A DNA stretch of 61,787 nucleotides, from the NCBI GenBank assembly GCA_964624495.1, contig CAZUYN010000001.1, forward strand, positions 1 through 61,787, in the 5' to 3' direction. The position numbers were made by a program, and so were the translations under genes. Position 1 is the stretch's first letter. Every line of letters starts with the position of its first letter. The notes beneath the pieces were generated by a model, which saw only the letters and a list, made by a program, of their open reading frames with translations, ran no database searches and was not told the origin of the DNA. This DNA is from an uncultured Clostridia bacterium. GTDB taxonomy: Bacteria > Bacillota > Clostridia > Christensenellales > Borkfalkiaceae. Shown here piece by piece: positions 8,194-18,700 of this stretch.

Positions 8194-8823
8194 TCATAAT
8201 TCGAACGGATACATATATTCGCCGAGCACGGCTATTTCCGCCCTGCCGTTGAGCTTATTGACGAGCGCCGCGTTGAAGGCGCCGAATTTTTCGCTTTTGA
8301 CGGCGACGGCAAAGCGCACCCTGTCGGCGTACGCGACCTCCCCTACCGTGCAACCGTATTCCGATAAAAAACGGGAAAGCGCGTCTACGAGGGGATAATC
8401 CACGATTATTTCCGCCGAAGTGCACGGTTGATAGCACACACGCGTTGCAAGGGCTAAATTTTCAGACGCGGACGAGGAATAAGCCCTTACCAAGCCGCCC
8501 GCGCCCAACTTTATGCCGCCGAAATAGCGCGTTACAACCACGGCGGTCTGCCTTAATTTATTGTTTTTTATGACTTCGAGTATGGGCATACCCGCCGTAC
8601 CCTGCGGTTCCCCGTCGTCGGAAAAGCGCATAAAATTACCCTTGTCGTCGGCGATATAGGCAAAGCAGTTATGGGTCGCGTCGCGGTACTCGGAGCGCGC
8701 CTTTTCTAAAAAAGCCCTCGCCTGCTCCTCGCCATCCACATGCGCGGAAGAGGTGATAAAGCGCGATTTTTCTATTACTTTTTCGGTGACGCGCTCACCT
8801 TTGACGGAGAGATATTTTTCCAT
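8194..8823 (-). CDS. YigZ / IMPACT (UPF0029) family protein
   Basis: Signature KSRFI...ATHNCFAY...DDGEPQGTAGMPIL...VVVTRYFGGIKLGAGGLVRAY. Its start overlaps the tyrS stop (TAATG). Confidence 0.85.
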   Translation of the reverse strand: MEKYLSVKGERVTEKVIEKSRFITSSAHVDGEEQARAFLEKARSEYRDATHNCFAYIADDKGNFMRFSDDGEPQGTAGMPILEVIKNNKLRQTAVVVTRYFGGIKLGAGGLVRAYSSSASENLALATRVCYQPCTSAEIIVDYPLVDALSRFLSEYGCTVGEVAYADRVRFAVAVKSEKFGAFNAALVNKLNGRAEIAVLGEYMYPFEL

Positions 8824-10010
8824 TAAACAAGCTTTACTTTTATGTGAATTTTCTTGCCCTTATGCACGATATCGCCGCTCTTTACGGGCGCGTTGATATC
8901 CGTCACCTTTTCGTCGTTCACCGAAACGCCGCCCTGCTGTATAAGCCTGCGCGCCTCGCCGTTGGAATTGCAGATTTTCGCCGCGACCAGAACGGGAATT
9001 ATAGTCGGCGTTTCAACCTGTATCAAGGTATCGGGCAAATCTTCGGCGGAGCCGCCGAAAGCCGCCTTTGCCTGCGCCTTTGCCGCCGAGGCTTTTTCCT
9101 CGCCGTGAACCATTTTGGTAAGCTCGTACGCAAGAATTTCCTTCTTTTCGTTTATCCGCCCGTCTTCCCACTTTTCCATTTCGTCTATCTCTTCAAGCGG
9201 AATAAAGGTTAGCATTTTAAGGCATTTTCCGACGTCTGCGTCGTCTACGTTGCGCCAATACTGGTAAAATTCGTAGGGAGAAGTTTTATTTTCGTCAAGC
9301 CACACCGCGCCCTTTGCGGTTTTGCCCATCTTCTTCCCCTCGCTGTTCAGAAGTAAGGTTATGGTCATCGCGTACGCGTCCTCGCCCGTCTTTTTTCTGA
9401 TAAGCTCGGTACCGCCCAGCATATTCGACCACTGGTCGTCGCCGCCGAATTGCATATTACAGCCGTACTGCGAATGCAGGTGATAAAAATCGTACGACTG
9501 CATAATCATATAGTTGAATTCGAGGAAGGAAAGCCCCTTTTCCATACGCTGTTTATAGCACTCCGCCCTGAGCATATTGTTGACGGAAAAGCACGCGCCG
9601 ACCTCCCTTAACAGCTCCACATAGTTGAGCTTTAAAAGCCATTCGGCGTTATTTACCATAATCGCCTTGTCCTCGCCGAATTCGATAAAACGCTCCATCT
9701 GCTTTTTGAAGCATTGGCAGTTATGCTCTATCGTTTCGGGCGTGAGCACTGCGCGGAGGTCGCTCCTCCCCGAGGGGTCGCCGACGTAGCCCGTACCGCC
9801 GCCTATGAGCACGATGGGCTTATTGCCCGCCATCTGCAACCTTTTCATAAGGCACAGCGCCATAAAGTGACCGACGTGCAGACTGTCCGCCGTGGGGTCG
9901 AAGCCGATATAAAAACGCGCTCCGCCCTTATTGATAAGCTCCCTTATCTCCGCCTCGTCCGTAACCTGCGCGATTAAGCCGCGCCGTTGAAGTTCTTCAT
10001 ATATTTGCAT
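8823..10010 (-). CDS. tyrS: Tyrosine--tRNA ligase
   Basis: Class I motifs HVGH (HIGH-type) and KMGKT (KMSKS-type), plus a C-terminal S4-like domain (ARRLIQQGGVSVN). Confidence 0.93.
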   Translation of the reverse strand: MQIYEELQRRGLIAQVTDEAEIRELINKGGARFYIGFDPTADSLHVGHFMALCLMKRLQMAGNKPIVLIGGGTGYVGDPSGRSDLRAVLTPETIEHNCQCFKKQMERFIEFGEDKAIMVNNAEWLLKLNYVELLREVGACFSVNNMLRAECYKQRMEKGLSFLEFNYMIMQSYDFYHLHSQYGCNMQFGGDDQWSNMLGGTELIRKKTGEDAYAMTITLLLNSEGKKMGKTAKGAVWLDENKTSPYEFYQYWRNVDDADVGKCLKMLTFIPLEEIDEMEKWEDGRINEKKEILAYELTKMVHGEEKASAAKAQAKAAFGGSAEDLPDTLIQVETPTIIPVLVAAKICNSNGEARRLIQQGGVSVNDEKVTDINAPVKSGDIVHKGKKIHIKVKLV

Positions 10011-10040
10011 AGTTCACCAACTCAGAATTCATATGAAACA

Positions 10041-10069
10041 AGTATAACAATTTTTACGGTGATTGGCAA
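10041..10069 (-). promoter_or_regulatory. Sigma-A-type promoter of tyrS
   Basis: Minus strand reads TTGCCA (10064-10069), 17 nt, TGtTATACT (10041-10049). The leader is about 30 nt with SD GGTGA. Confidence 0.55.
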
Positions 10070-10079
10070 TAGATTTGCG

Positions 10080-10784
10080 TCATTCGCCGAAAAAATCTTG
10101 CTTGTTTAAGTTCTGCCGCGCCTTTTCTATCGCGCGTTTTTCAATTCTGGACACATACGAACGGGAAATACCCAGCTTTTTAGCCACCTCCCTCTGCGGC
10201 ATAGGGCAACAGCTTTCAAGTCCGTAGCGCAGGTTGAGTATGGTGTATTCCCTGTAATTGAGAATGCCCTTTAAAACGTAGACGAACTTTTCGCGCTGAA
10301 TATTTTTTTCAACCCGTGAAAATACGCTTTCCTCTTTCTCCGCGAGCAAATCCATTACCGTAAGCTCGTTGCCGTCTTTATCTGTGCCGACGGGGTCGTT
10401 TATGGAAACCGTGTTCTTATACTTTTTACCCGAGCGGATAAGCATTAAAATTTCGTTTTCTATACAGCGCGCCGTATAGGTTGCAAGCTGCGTGCCCTTG
10501 CCGTCCCGAAAGGTGTTGATAGCCTTTATCAGTCCGATAGAGCCGACGGACATCAGGTCGTCGTTATCCGCCGCGCCCGTATATTTTTTTACTATGTGGG
10601 CGACGAGGCGCATATTGTGTTTTACAAGCACATCTTTTGCGTTTTTGTCGCCCGCGCGCGCAAGGGCGAGATACCTTTTCTCCTCCTCGGGTTCGAGCGG
10701 CTTGGGGAACGACCCCTTGGGCTTAACCAAACCCGTAAAGAAGAAAATTTTAGAGAGCAACAGACCTACCACGTCGAAAAACAT
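10080..10784 (-). CDS. sigK: Sporulation sigma factor SigK (pro-sigma-K), uninterrupted
   Basis: Hydrophobic pro-sequence followed by SFPKPLEPEEEKRYL...HNMRLVAHIVKKY...LATYTARCIENEILM...ISRSYVSRIEKRA. This tracks B. subtilis SigK more closely than SigE. SD GGGAGG. No skin-like insertion. Confidence 0.8.
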   Translation of the reverse strand: MFFDVVGLLLSKIFFFTGLVKPKGSFPKPLEPEEEKRYLALARAGDKNAKDVLVKHNMRLVAHIVKKYTGAADNDDLMSVGSIGLIKAINTFRDGKGTQLATYTARCIENEILMLIRSGKKYKNTVSINDPVGTDKDGNELTVMDLLAEKEESVFSRVEKNIQREKFVYVLKGILNYREYTILNLRYGLESCCPMPQREVAKKLGISRSYVSRIEKRAIEKARQNLNKQDFFGE

Positions 10785-10870
10785 ATTGTAAAATTACCTC
10801 CCGAAGTCAGTCAGTTTACTAAAATATGTTTTTTACTGCTTGTCTGATAACCGCGTTAAAAATTAAGGAC

Positions 10871-10904
10871 AGGCGCGGCGGAAAAATTTTTTCCGCCGCG
10901 CCTT
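10871..10904. terminator. Palindromic hairpin / terminator between the BaxI-like gene and sigK
   Basis: Perfect 34-nt palindrome AGGCGCGGCGGAAAAAA/TTTTTTCCGCCGCGCCT, with T7 shortly downstream on the plus strand. Confidence 0.6.
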
Positions 10905-10934
10905 AACGCTTTTTTTATTTAATTTACGGACTGA

Positions 10935-11714
10935 TTACTTCTTGTTATTGCCCAATAGCATAGCTATGCGCAAAATCATTTCGAGAATTTCGATATACAG
11001 ATAGATAATCGTCGTTGCGAGCGAAAAAGCCACGTACCATTCGTACTTTTTATCCGTACCCGTCTGAACGACCGCGTCGATATTACTGAAATCCCAGAAC
11101 AGCATAACCGTCGCCCATATTACGCACAGCGCAGATACGGCGAGCTGTATCCAAAGGTACGCCGTATAGTTAAATATTCCCGTAAGCGATATGAGGAACA
11201 TTACCAGCTGCAATACCGTAAAGCTGACTATCGCAATGACGAGTCCGCGGACGAATTTGCTATTTATGCGCGCCTTTAAAACGTAATGCCCTATCATCGA
11301 GAACATCAGGACGACCGCCGTGCCCAAAAACGCCGAAAGCGCTATCCCGGGGTAGAAATAATCGACGATAGCCGTCAATATTCCGAGGAACGCGCCCTGC
11401 AAAACGGCGTATATACTGCCGAGTACCATAGTCGTTTTGGGTACGAACGTTATGACCAGCGACAGTATCAAAAGCGGAATGCCGCTCGCTACGGCGGCGA
11501 TTACCATTGCCGCCAACGCCTCGGCGAGCCGTCCGTTTTTAATCGCGGTGTTGATAAGAAATTCCGCCGCCAGCACGGCAATTATCGTCAAGCCGACGTA
11601 TAACGCCGTCTTTAAATAGACGCCCTTGTACGTCGCTCTGTCCGATTCGGAAAGTAATTCTCCGCTTTGCGTCCTGTTTACTACGCGCCTTACGGCGGGA
11701 TTTCCTATTCTCAT
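10935..11714 (-). CDS. Bax inhibitor-1 / YccA-like (BaxI_1) integral membrane protein
   Basis: Seven hydrophobic segments and a C-terminal ...KYEWYVAFSLATTIIYLYIEILEMILRI motif typical of the family. ATG 11714 follows SD AGAGGTG. Confidence 0.75.
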   Translation of the reverse strand: MRIGNPAVRRVVNRTQSGELLSESDRATYKGVYLKTALYVGLTIIAVLAAEFLINTAIKNGRLAEALAAMVIAAVASGIPLLILSLVITFVPKTTMVLGSIYAVLQGAFLGILTAIVDYFYPGIALSAFLGTAVVLMFSMIGHYVLKARINSKFVRGLVIAIVSFTVLQLVMFLISLTGIFNYTAYLWIQLAVSALCVIWATVMLFWDFSNIDAVVQTGTDKKYEWYVAFSLATTIIYLYIEILEMILRIAMLLGNNKK

Positions 11715-11756
11715 AGCCACACCTCTTTAACGTTTCATCCGTTTGTCTAACGGAGA

Positions 11757-13664
11757 TTAATCGAGCTCGAACGCGCCCGTATACAGCTGGTAGTATTTAC
11801 CCTTTTGCTCTATGAGCTGTTCGTGGCTGCCGCGCTCTATTATTACGCCGTGCTCCAATACCATTATCGCGTGGCTGTTGCGGACGGTCGAAAGCCTGTG
11901 GGCGATGACGAATACCGTCCTGCCCTCCATAAGCTTATCCATACCCTGTTCTATGAGCTTTTCGGTACGGGTATCTATCGAAGAGGTGGCTTCGTCCAGA
12001 ATGAGCACGGGGCATTCGGATACCATTGCGCGCGCAATCGCCAGCAACTGCCTTTGTCCCTGCGAAAGGTTGGAGCCGTCGCCCTTAATCATCGTGTTAT
12101 AGCCTTCGGGCAGATGCACGATAAAGCTGTCGGCGTTGGCAAGCTTTGCGGCGTTTACGCACTCCTCGTCGGTCGCGTCGAGCCTGCCGTAGCGGATATT
12201 GTCCATAACCGTACCCGTAAACAGGTGCGTATCCTGTAAGACGACGCCGAGAGAACGCCTTAAATCGTCCTTGCTTATATCGCGGATATTTATTCCGTCG
12301 TATGTTATTTCGCCCGACTGTATGTCGTAGAAACGGTTGATGAGGTTTGTTATAGTCGTCTTGCCCGCGCCCGTCGAACCTACGAACGCAATCTTCTGCC
12401 CCGGCTTTGCAAACAGGGAGATATCGTGCAGAATAACCTTTTCGTCGGTGTAGCCGAAGGTCACGTCGTTAAACCTTATATCGCCCTTCAACGGGATATA
12501 TTCGGTTGAACCGTCGGGAGCGGACTTTTTCCATACCCATTCGCCGTTTTCGGCACGGGCGAGGGTGATTCGTCCGCCCTTGTCTTCGGGTTTTTCGTCC
12601 ACCATTTCGAAAATGCGCTCGGCGCCGGCAAGCGCCATGGTTATAGCCGCGAACTGTTGCGAAACCTGTTGCACGGGCATATTGAACTGACGGGTGAACA
12701 TCAGATAGGAAATGAGCATACCCGTCATAACGGCGACGCGGTTGACCGTTTGAGAATTTTCGCCGAGCGAGCAATACATGGAAAGCAATCCCGTTTCGCT
12801 GCCGAACGCTATGATCAGTATGCCTATTACGGCAACGAGTACGTATTGAATATAACCTATATTGTTGTTTATGGGTCCGAGCACGTTGGAGTAGGTGTTC
12901 GCCTTTACGCCGGCTTCGTTGAGCTCGTCGTTAAGCTTTTTGAACTCCACCCTCGCGGTCTGCTCGTGGCAGAATACTTTTATGACCTTCTGTCCCTCGG
13001 TCATTTCCTCGACGTATCCGTTCAATGCGCCGAGAGCCTTTTGGTGTTTAAGATAATACTTTGCCGCGTTGCCGCCTATCTTCTTGGTGGCGAAGAATAT
13101 GACGACGAGCATTACGATCGCCACGGCAAGCAGCGTCACGCTGTAATAAATCATAAACGCGAGAACCGCAAGAAGGGTCAGGAACGAGGAAATCAGCTGG
13201 GGTATGGTCTGCGACAAAAGCTGGCGCATCGTATCGACGTCGTTTGTGTACAGGCTCATCAAATCGCCGTGGGTGTGCCCGTCGAAGTACTTCAAGGGCA
13301 AATCCTGCATATGCGAAAACATATCGTTACGCATCTTTTTGAGCGTTCTGTTGCTTATGAGCATCATAATAAGGTTGTAAGTAAACGACGAAAACGCGCC
13401 TATAAAATATATTACCCCCATCGCGATTATGTTGGGATATATTACTTCGTTCAAATCGACGCACGCGCCCTTATCGATGAGCTCGGTCGTGATGACCGAC
13501 ACGCGCGAGGCGGCGGTTACGTTGGCGACCGAGGCGAGCAATACGCAGATTACCACGCACGCGGTTGCAAGCTTGTTATTGGAAAAGGCGTACTTTAACA
13601 GCCTTTTCAGCGTTTTTATAGGATTTTTGGCGGGCGTTTTACCCTGCATTTTAATAGGCGGCAT
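11757..13664 (-). CDS. ABC exporter, fused permease/ATPase subunit (ABCB/MDR type), partner B
   Basis: Six-TM domain followed by Walker A GSTGAGKTT, signature LSQGQRQ and Walker B LILDEATS. Start overlaps the upstream stop (TAATG). Confidence 0.9.
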   Translation of the reverse strand: MPPIKMQGKTPAKNPIKTLKRLLKYAFSNNKLATACVVICVLLASVANVTAASRVSVITTELIDKGACVDLNEVIYPNIIAMGVIYFIGAFSSFTYNLIMMLISNRTLKKMRNDMFSHMQDLPLKYFDGHTHGDLMSLYTNDVDTMRQLLSQTIPQLISSFLTLLAVLAFMIYYSVTLLAVAIVMLVVIFFATKKIGGNAAKYYLKHQKALGALNGYVEEMTEGQKVIKVFCHEQTARVEFKKLNDELNEAGVKANTYSNVLGPINNNIGYIQYVLVAVIGILIIAFGSETGLLSMYCSLGENSQTVNRVAVMTGMLISYLMFTRQFNMPVQQVSQQFAAITMALAGAERIFEMVDEKPEDKGGRITLARAENGEWVWKKSAPDGSTEYIPLKGDIRFNDVTFGYTDEKVILHDISLFAKPGQKIAFVGSTGAGKTTITNLINRFYDIQSGEITYDGINIRDISKDDLRRSLGVVLQDTHLFTGTVMDNIRYGRLDATDEECVNAAKLANADSFIVHLPEGYNTMIKGDGSNLSQGQRQLLAIARAMVSECPVLILDEATSSIDTRTEKLIEQGMDKLMEGRTVFVIAHRLSTVRNSHAIMVLEHGVIIERGSHEQLIEQKGKYYQLYTGAFELD

Positions 13665-15457
13665 TACTCTTTACCCCCTTCGTTTTCCTTTTCGGACTGT
13701 CCGTCGCCGACAGAACCGCCGACCTGCGACTCATATACTTCCCTGTATATTTTATTGCTTTTAAGCAGCTCGTCGTGCGTGCCTATCGCGTTTATCCTGC
13801 CCTCGTCCAAAACTATTATCTTATCCGCGTCCTGCACCGAAGCCACGCGCTGCGCGATAATTATTTTGGTGACTTCGGGGGCATATTGTTTAAGAGCGTT
13901 GCGGATATCCGCGTCGGTCTTGGTATCGACCGCCGAAGTCGAGTCGTCGAAAATTATTATCTTGGGATTTTTAAGAAGAGCGCGCGCAATGCAAAGGCGC
14001 TGCTTCTGTCCGCCGGAGACGTTTACGCCGCCCTGCCCCAAATCGTAATCGTACTTCCCGGGGAGAGCTTCGATAAATTCGTCCGCGCACGCCTGTTTTG
14101 CGGCGAACTTCAACTGCTCTTCCGTGGCGTTTTTGTCGCCCCAGCGCAGGTTTTCCGCCACGGTACCCGAAAACAGCACGTTTTTCTGCAATACCATAGC
14201 GACGCCGTTGCGCAGGGTATCCAAATCGTACCGTTTTACGTCCACGCCGCCGACGTAAACCGTTCCGCGTTCCGCGTCGTACAGACGGGGAATTAACGAA
14301 ACGAGCGAAGTCTTGCCGGAGCCTGTCGAGCCGATTATGCCCACGGTTTCGCCCGAGTCTATGCGAAAGGATATATCCTGCAAGACCATAAGGTCGGCTT
14401 TCTGCGAATAGCAGAAATCTACGTCGTCGAAAACTACCGAGCCGTCGGCGAGCGACGTTACGGGAGCTTCCGCCTTGGGCAGAGTGGTACGTTCGTTGAG
14501 CACTTCGCAAATTCTGTCTGCGGAGCCCTTAGACATAGATATAAAGGTCAGGGACATCGCCACCATTACAATGCCCGAAAGTATCTGCGCGGAGTACTGA
14601 ATGAGCGTCTGAATCTGCGAGGGCTGGATGCTGCCGACAGTAATATTCCCCGCAATCATATTGGAGCCCAGCGTTAAGATAAGGATATTTACGATGAACA
14701 TCGTCAGCGTAACCGCGGGCATAAGGCAGGTCATAAACGTCTCCGCCTTGACCGAATAACGGTATACGTCCTGCGACGCCGCCTGCATTTTGGCGTTTTC
14801 CGTGTCCTCCCTGACGTAGCTTTTAACCACGCGGATTGCGGTTAAATCCTCCTGCACCACTTCGTTGAGCTTGTCGTACTTTTTGAACATCGTGCGGAAA
14901 TACGGAATGGCTTTTATCATACAAATCGCCACTATCAGCCCGAGAACTATCGCCGCACAGCCGAAAAGAAGCGCCATAAACGGCTCTATGAACAGCGTCA
15001 TTACGATTGCGGAGATAAACAGTACGGGCGCGCGCACCAACATACGCAGGCACATCTGATATGCGTTCTGCACGTTGGTTACGTCGGTAGTTATTCTCGT
15101 AATCAGGCTGGACGTAGAATAATTGTCTATGTTGGCAAACGAGAAGGTCTGCAAATTGTTATACATATCCTCGCGGAGATTATGCGCAAAACCGCTCGAC
15201 GCCTTTGCGGCAGTCTTTGCCCCGACGACGCCGCACAGCATTGCAAAAACCGCGCAGACTATCATAAGCGAAGCGTACAACGCGATATTTCCGCCGTTTA
15301 CGGGGTTACCGTCCGACATAGACTCCAACTCCTTGATTATAAACGTCATAAGAAACGGGATTATGATTTCCATAACCGCCTCGCCCACCATAAGCAGGGG
15401 CGTAATTATAGAAACGAACTTGTATTCCCTTACGCTTTTTAACAGAGTTTTAAACAT
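13664..15457 (-). CDS. ABC exporter, fused permease/ATPase subunit (ABCB/MDR type), partner A
   Basis: TM domain followed by Walker A GSTGSGKTS, signature VSGGQKQR and Walker B IIFDDSTS. SD AAGAGGT. Confidence 0.9.
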   Translation of the reverse strand: MFKTLLKSVREYKFVSIITPLLMVGEAVMEIIIPFLMTFIIKELESMSDGNPVNGGNIALYASLMIVCAVFAMLCGVVGAKTAAKASSGFAHNLREDMYNNLQTFSFANIDNYSTSSLITRITTDVTNVQNAYQMCLRMLVRAPVLFISAIVMTLFIEPFMALLFGCAAIVLGLIVAICMIKAIPYFRTMFKKYDKLNEVVQEDLTAIRVVKSYVREDTENAKMQAASQDVYRYSVKAETFMTCLMPAVTLTMFIVNILILTLGSNMIAGNITVGSIQPSQIQTLIQYSAQILSGIVMVAMSLTFISMSKGSADRICEVLNERTTLPKAEAPVTSLADGSVVFDDVDFCYSQKADLMVLQDISFRIDSGETVGIIGSTGSGKTSLVSLIPRLYDAERGTVYVGGVDVKRYDLDTLRNGVAMVLQKNVLFSGTVAENLRWGDKNATEEQLKFAAKQACADEFIEALPGKYDYDLGQGGVNVSGGQKQRLCIARALLKNPKIIIFDDSTSAVDTKTDADIRNALKQYAPEVTKIIIAQRVASVQDADKIIVLDEGRINAIGTHDELLKSNKIYREVYESQVGGSVGDGQSEKENEGGKE

Positions 15458-15493
15458 CTATTACCTCTTTGTTTTAAATTCGTGCACCATATT

Positions 15494-15521
15494 ATTATAG
15501 CCGAAATAATTATTTTGTCAA
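15494..15521 (-). promoter_or_regulatory. Sigma-A-type promoter of the ABC exporter operon
   Basis: Minus strand reads TTGACA (15516-15521), 16 nt, TATAAT (15494-15499). Confidence 0.55.
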
Positions 15522-15693
15522 TAAATCTTTCTGGATATTGTAATAGTCGTAAGTGAAAAATATGTGACGGATTTTGTGAAATATTAAGGTCTTTTTGAAT
15601 GCGGCGGTAAATGCAGACGCAGCCGCCCGAAGGCGGCTGCGTCCGTTTCCGAATATTCAATTTACCGTCTTTACGGTTCAGACCTGACGGCGT

Positions 15694-18657
15694 TTATTCC
15701 GCATACTCTATCGTAACCGCGCCGATATAGGTTACGTTATCGCCTACCGTGCCGTAATGCTGCAAGCTGAAGTCGCCGTAAGCGTTCGACTCTATCGTAG
15801 CTTCGAGCGAAACGGAAGCGGTTGCTTCGGGCTTGTTCAACGATTCAAGCGTCTGTTGAGCTTTATCGGAATCGCTCGTTTCCACCGTGCACTTGAGTAC
15901 GGTCGTGCCGCCGGTAGTTTCCGTCCATACCTTAATGGTACACTCGGTGAGATACGCGGTCGTTTCGACCGTATTGGTCAAAGCTTCCGTCTTGCCGTTA
16001 GTGTACTTTAACAGCATAACTCCGCACGAACTGCCGCTTACTCTGAAAATTCTGACTCCGTAGCCCGTTTCGGTTGCAATGTCGTATTTTATCATTATAT
16101 CCATAAACTGGTTAGACGAACCGAAGCCCTGCGAAGCCGTCTTGCCGGGAGCCACCTTTACGGTTACCGACATATCGCCGGTTTGCTCGTTTACCGTTGC
16201 GTAGTTAAGGCGTGAGCTCCTCGCCTCCGTCTGGTATATGCCTTCGTAATCGAGGAATCCGTTCTTGTTTCCGACTGCCCAGCCCCATACGTTGCCTTCT
16301 ACGGCGGCGGCTGCATTTTCGAACTGACTTGACGAAGTGGCGATAGTATCTCCCTCGAAAGGCGTGAAGTTATTTCCGCCCGAAATCGTATCTACGGGTT
16401 TATGGCTGTCTACGGTGAACGCGCCTTCTATCGTACCGCCGCTCTGCGTCGAAATGGTTGCTATATCCGCCACTATGGTGTTGCCCGAAGCGACGCCCGT
16501 TTCGGTAACGGCGACCGTCGCCACGACTTCCTTTAAGTCGCCGTATTCGCAGCGGAGATGTTTGGGTCTTATGCAGACTTTCAGATATTTGCCGACGTAC
16601 CCTTCTACGAGCTGAATGGTTTTAAGCGGTTCGTCCGACCTGCCCACGGCTATTTCGCGTGCGTTCGCGCCCTCTGCGTCGTCGCAGATATACCATATAA
16701 TTTCCGACATGTCTGCTCTTTCGCCGAGGTCGAGAGTATAACTTACGCTCGCCGTGCCGTCCGTTCCCTGCGTAATCGTAGGCTCAACCGTGAACGTCGG
16801 AGCGGCAAGCATATTGGGTTTAGCGGTCACTGCAACCGCCGCTTCAAGCCCCGAAGCCGACTTTGCAACGACGATAACCGTAGGTATAACGTCCTGATCG
16901 TTTATCGACGTAACCGTGCACGTACCGTCCTCGTTAGTCGTAAGCGTTACGTATGCGCTGTCCGACGAATTGAGAAGGCTCCAGGTTACCGTGTCGGTAT
17001 AAGGTCCGGCTTGAGGTCCCGAAATCGAGTACGAAAGCGTTACGCTGTCGCCTCCCTCCTTTTGGTTCTCTATTACGGTGCTGCCCGAAGCCGACGCGGT
17101 CATACCCGTAGCCACGTCGGTTGCGTTAAGCCTCGTTATCGTGTCTTTCTGTCCGAGAGGATCCCAGTCGTCCGTGCCGCGGAGCAGATTGTATACGTTA
17201 TAGACCGTAGTGCCGTTATCGTCCAGCTTGTACGCTTTAAGCATATCGGTGCCCGTTATATCGACAGCCTTATCCGCATTCTTGCCGCCGTCGTCCATAT
17301 GAATTTGCTGCGGCGTACCGTCGCCTATTTGGAGAGTGACGTTCGAATAGTAGCTTCTGAAAGTCGAACTTAAAATGTCGGAGTAACCGATATTGACGTT
17401 CGAAACGTCTTTGTCGGTCGTATAGCGGCAATCGACCAAAGTCGCGCGCCCTTCGGTTTTGGATATGTACTGCGTAAGCGTTGCGTCCGCATTGATGGGG
17501 CAAATCTTCATATCGCAGTCAAGAAGCGTAACCCCGGCGGTACTATACCAAGGCTTGGAGCTGTAGAATTCGAAATCGCAACCGAGGTAAACCGCCTGTG
17601 CGGAGCCGTTAATAGAGTCGTCGGTAGATTCCATATGGCAGTTCACGTACAGCGCGCGCTGGCTGTTGTTGAACGGCATCATGTTAAGACGGCTGACGAA
17701 ACGGCAGTTTTCGGCGTACAGCTTGTCGCCCGAATAGGAGGCAATCTGTCCCTGCGTTACGTTACTCGTCCTCTTCGATCTGTTCAATGCGGGATTGAGC
17801 GGATATTCGAGGTCTACGTTGCAGTAATCGCCGAACGTAAGGTTTTTAAGGGTCAAACCGTCGCCCGAAAGATTGAACATCGTCCAGTTGCCGCCGTTAT
17901 AACCTTCGTCGTGACCGTAGTTGCCCGCGATAACGACGTTCTGCGCATTCTCAGTTAAACCGATTATGTGCAGGTTTTCGCAAGATTTGGTTATCCCGAA
18001 CGCTTCTTCTGTGTTTGCGGAATCGGGATTGTGTATCCAATAAACATAAGGCGCAAGATACATCGTCATAGGCTCGCTTTCGGTGCCGTCGACGAGGTGA
18101 TCCATCGCCTGCTTAAAAGAATTATAGACGTTGTCAAAGCCCTCTATCTCTTCGTCGGAAAGCCTTCCGTCTACATAAATGGCTTTTTCGTTAATTTGTA
18201 TTGTCGTAGTATCGTCGTCGTAGCCATAGGTGAACGACGCGCCGTCCTTGGCAAGCGTTACGGGAAATTGTCCGATTTCTTCGAATTTAGCATAGGCTTT
18301 CGCGTCTGCGCTTAATCCCGCGTCAAAATCGAACTGCGTCGTCAACGCGGCGTCGGAATACCAGCCCAAGAACCTGCAACCGTCCTTTTTCGGCGTCCAG
18401 TCCGAAGCCTTTCCGTTCTCCGCCACCGACTGTTTAAGAAGCACGTCGTCGCCGTCGTAAAACGTTACGGAATACTCCGAAGCTACGGGCGTTTCCGCCA
18501 CAAACTTTGCGTACAGCGCGGTATCTGCGGTTATGCTTTGGCTGAAATCGTAAACGACGTTCATAGTCGCCGTGGTGTACCAATCGTCAAACACGTAACC
18601 CTCCTTGGTAGGCGTCCAGTCGTACGCGTTTCCGCCCGACTCGACCGACTGTTCCAA
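15694..18657 (-). CDS. Large surface protein body: Listeria-Bacteroides (Flg_new-type) repeats + pectin-lyase-like beta-helix + Ig-like/C-terminal domains
   Basis: Two N-terminal repeats have the pattern VT(Y/F)YDG...W(T)P(T/K)K(E/D)G(Y/C)xFxxWY...YAKF. The central region (NLTFGDYCNV...AENCRFVS...STDDSINGSAQAVYLGCDF) resembles parallel beta-helix / pectinesterase-like folds. The frame is open up to 18732, but the only credible start (18799) is out of frame (see the poly-G finding). Confidence 0.75.
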   Translation of the reverse strand: MEQSVESGGNAYDWTPTKEGYVFDDWYTTATMNVVYDFSQSITADTALYAKFVAETPVASEYSVTFYDGDDVLLKQSVAENGKASDWTPKKDGCRFLGWYSDAALTTQFDFDAGLSADAKAYAKFEEIGQFPVTLAKDGASFTYGYDDDTTTIQINEKAIYVDGRLSDEEIEGFDNVYNSFKQAMDHLVDGTESEPMTMYLAPYVYWIHNPDSANTEEAFGITKSCENLHIIGLTENAQNVVIAGNYGHDEGYNGGNWTMFNLSGDGLTLKNLTFGDYCNVDLEYPLNPALNRSKRTSNVTQGQIASYSGDKLYAENCRFVSRLNMMPFNNSQRALYVNCHMESTDDSINGSAQAVYLGCDFEFYSSKPWYSTAGVTLLDCDMKICPINADATLTQYISKTEGRATLVDCRYTTDKDVSNVNIGYSDILSSTFRSYYSNVTLQIGDGTPQQIHMDDGGKNADKAVDITGTDMLKAYKLDDNGTTVYNVYNLLRGTDDWDPLGQKDTITRLNATDVATGMTASASGSTVIENQKEGGDSVTLSYSISGPQAGPYTDTVTWSLLNSSDSAYVTLTTNEDGTCTVTSINDQDVIPTVIVVAKSASGLEAAVAVTAKPNMLAAPTFTVEPTITQGTDGTASVSYTLDLGERADMSEIIWYICDDAEGANAREIAVGRSDEPLKTIQLVEGYVGKYLKVCIRPKHLRCEYGDLKEVVATVAVTETGVASGNTIVADIATISTQSGGTIEGAFTVDSHKPVDTISGGNNFTPFEGDTIATSSSQFENAAAAVEGNVWGWAVGNKNGFLDYEGIYQTEARSSRLNYATVNEQTGDMSVTVKVAPGKTASQGFGSSNQFMDIMIKYDIATETGYGVRIFRVSGSSCGVMLLKYTNGKTEALTNTVETTAYLTECTIKVWTETTGGTTVLKCTVETSDSDKAQQTLESLNKPEATASVSLEATIESNAYGDFSLQHYGTVGDNVTYIGAVTIEYAE

Positions 18658-18700
18658 AATAGCCGTGCTCCCGTCGTAATACGTTACGGTCAGTTTTCCG

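Noticed and set aside
10011-10079. T-box leaders upstream of tyrS (also argS at 28935-29040, and ilvA/ilvE)
   Set aside because: The leaders are only about 25-35 nt after well-defined promoters. There is no specifier hairpin, no T-box sequence (AATTAGGGTGGTACCGCG-like) and no terminator/antiterminator pair.
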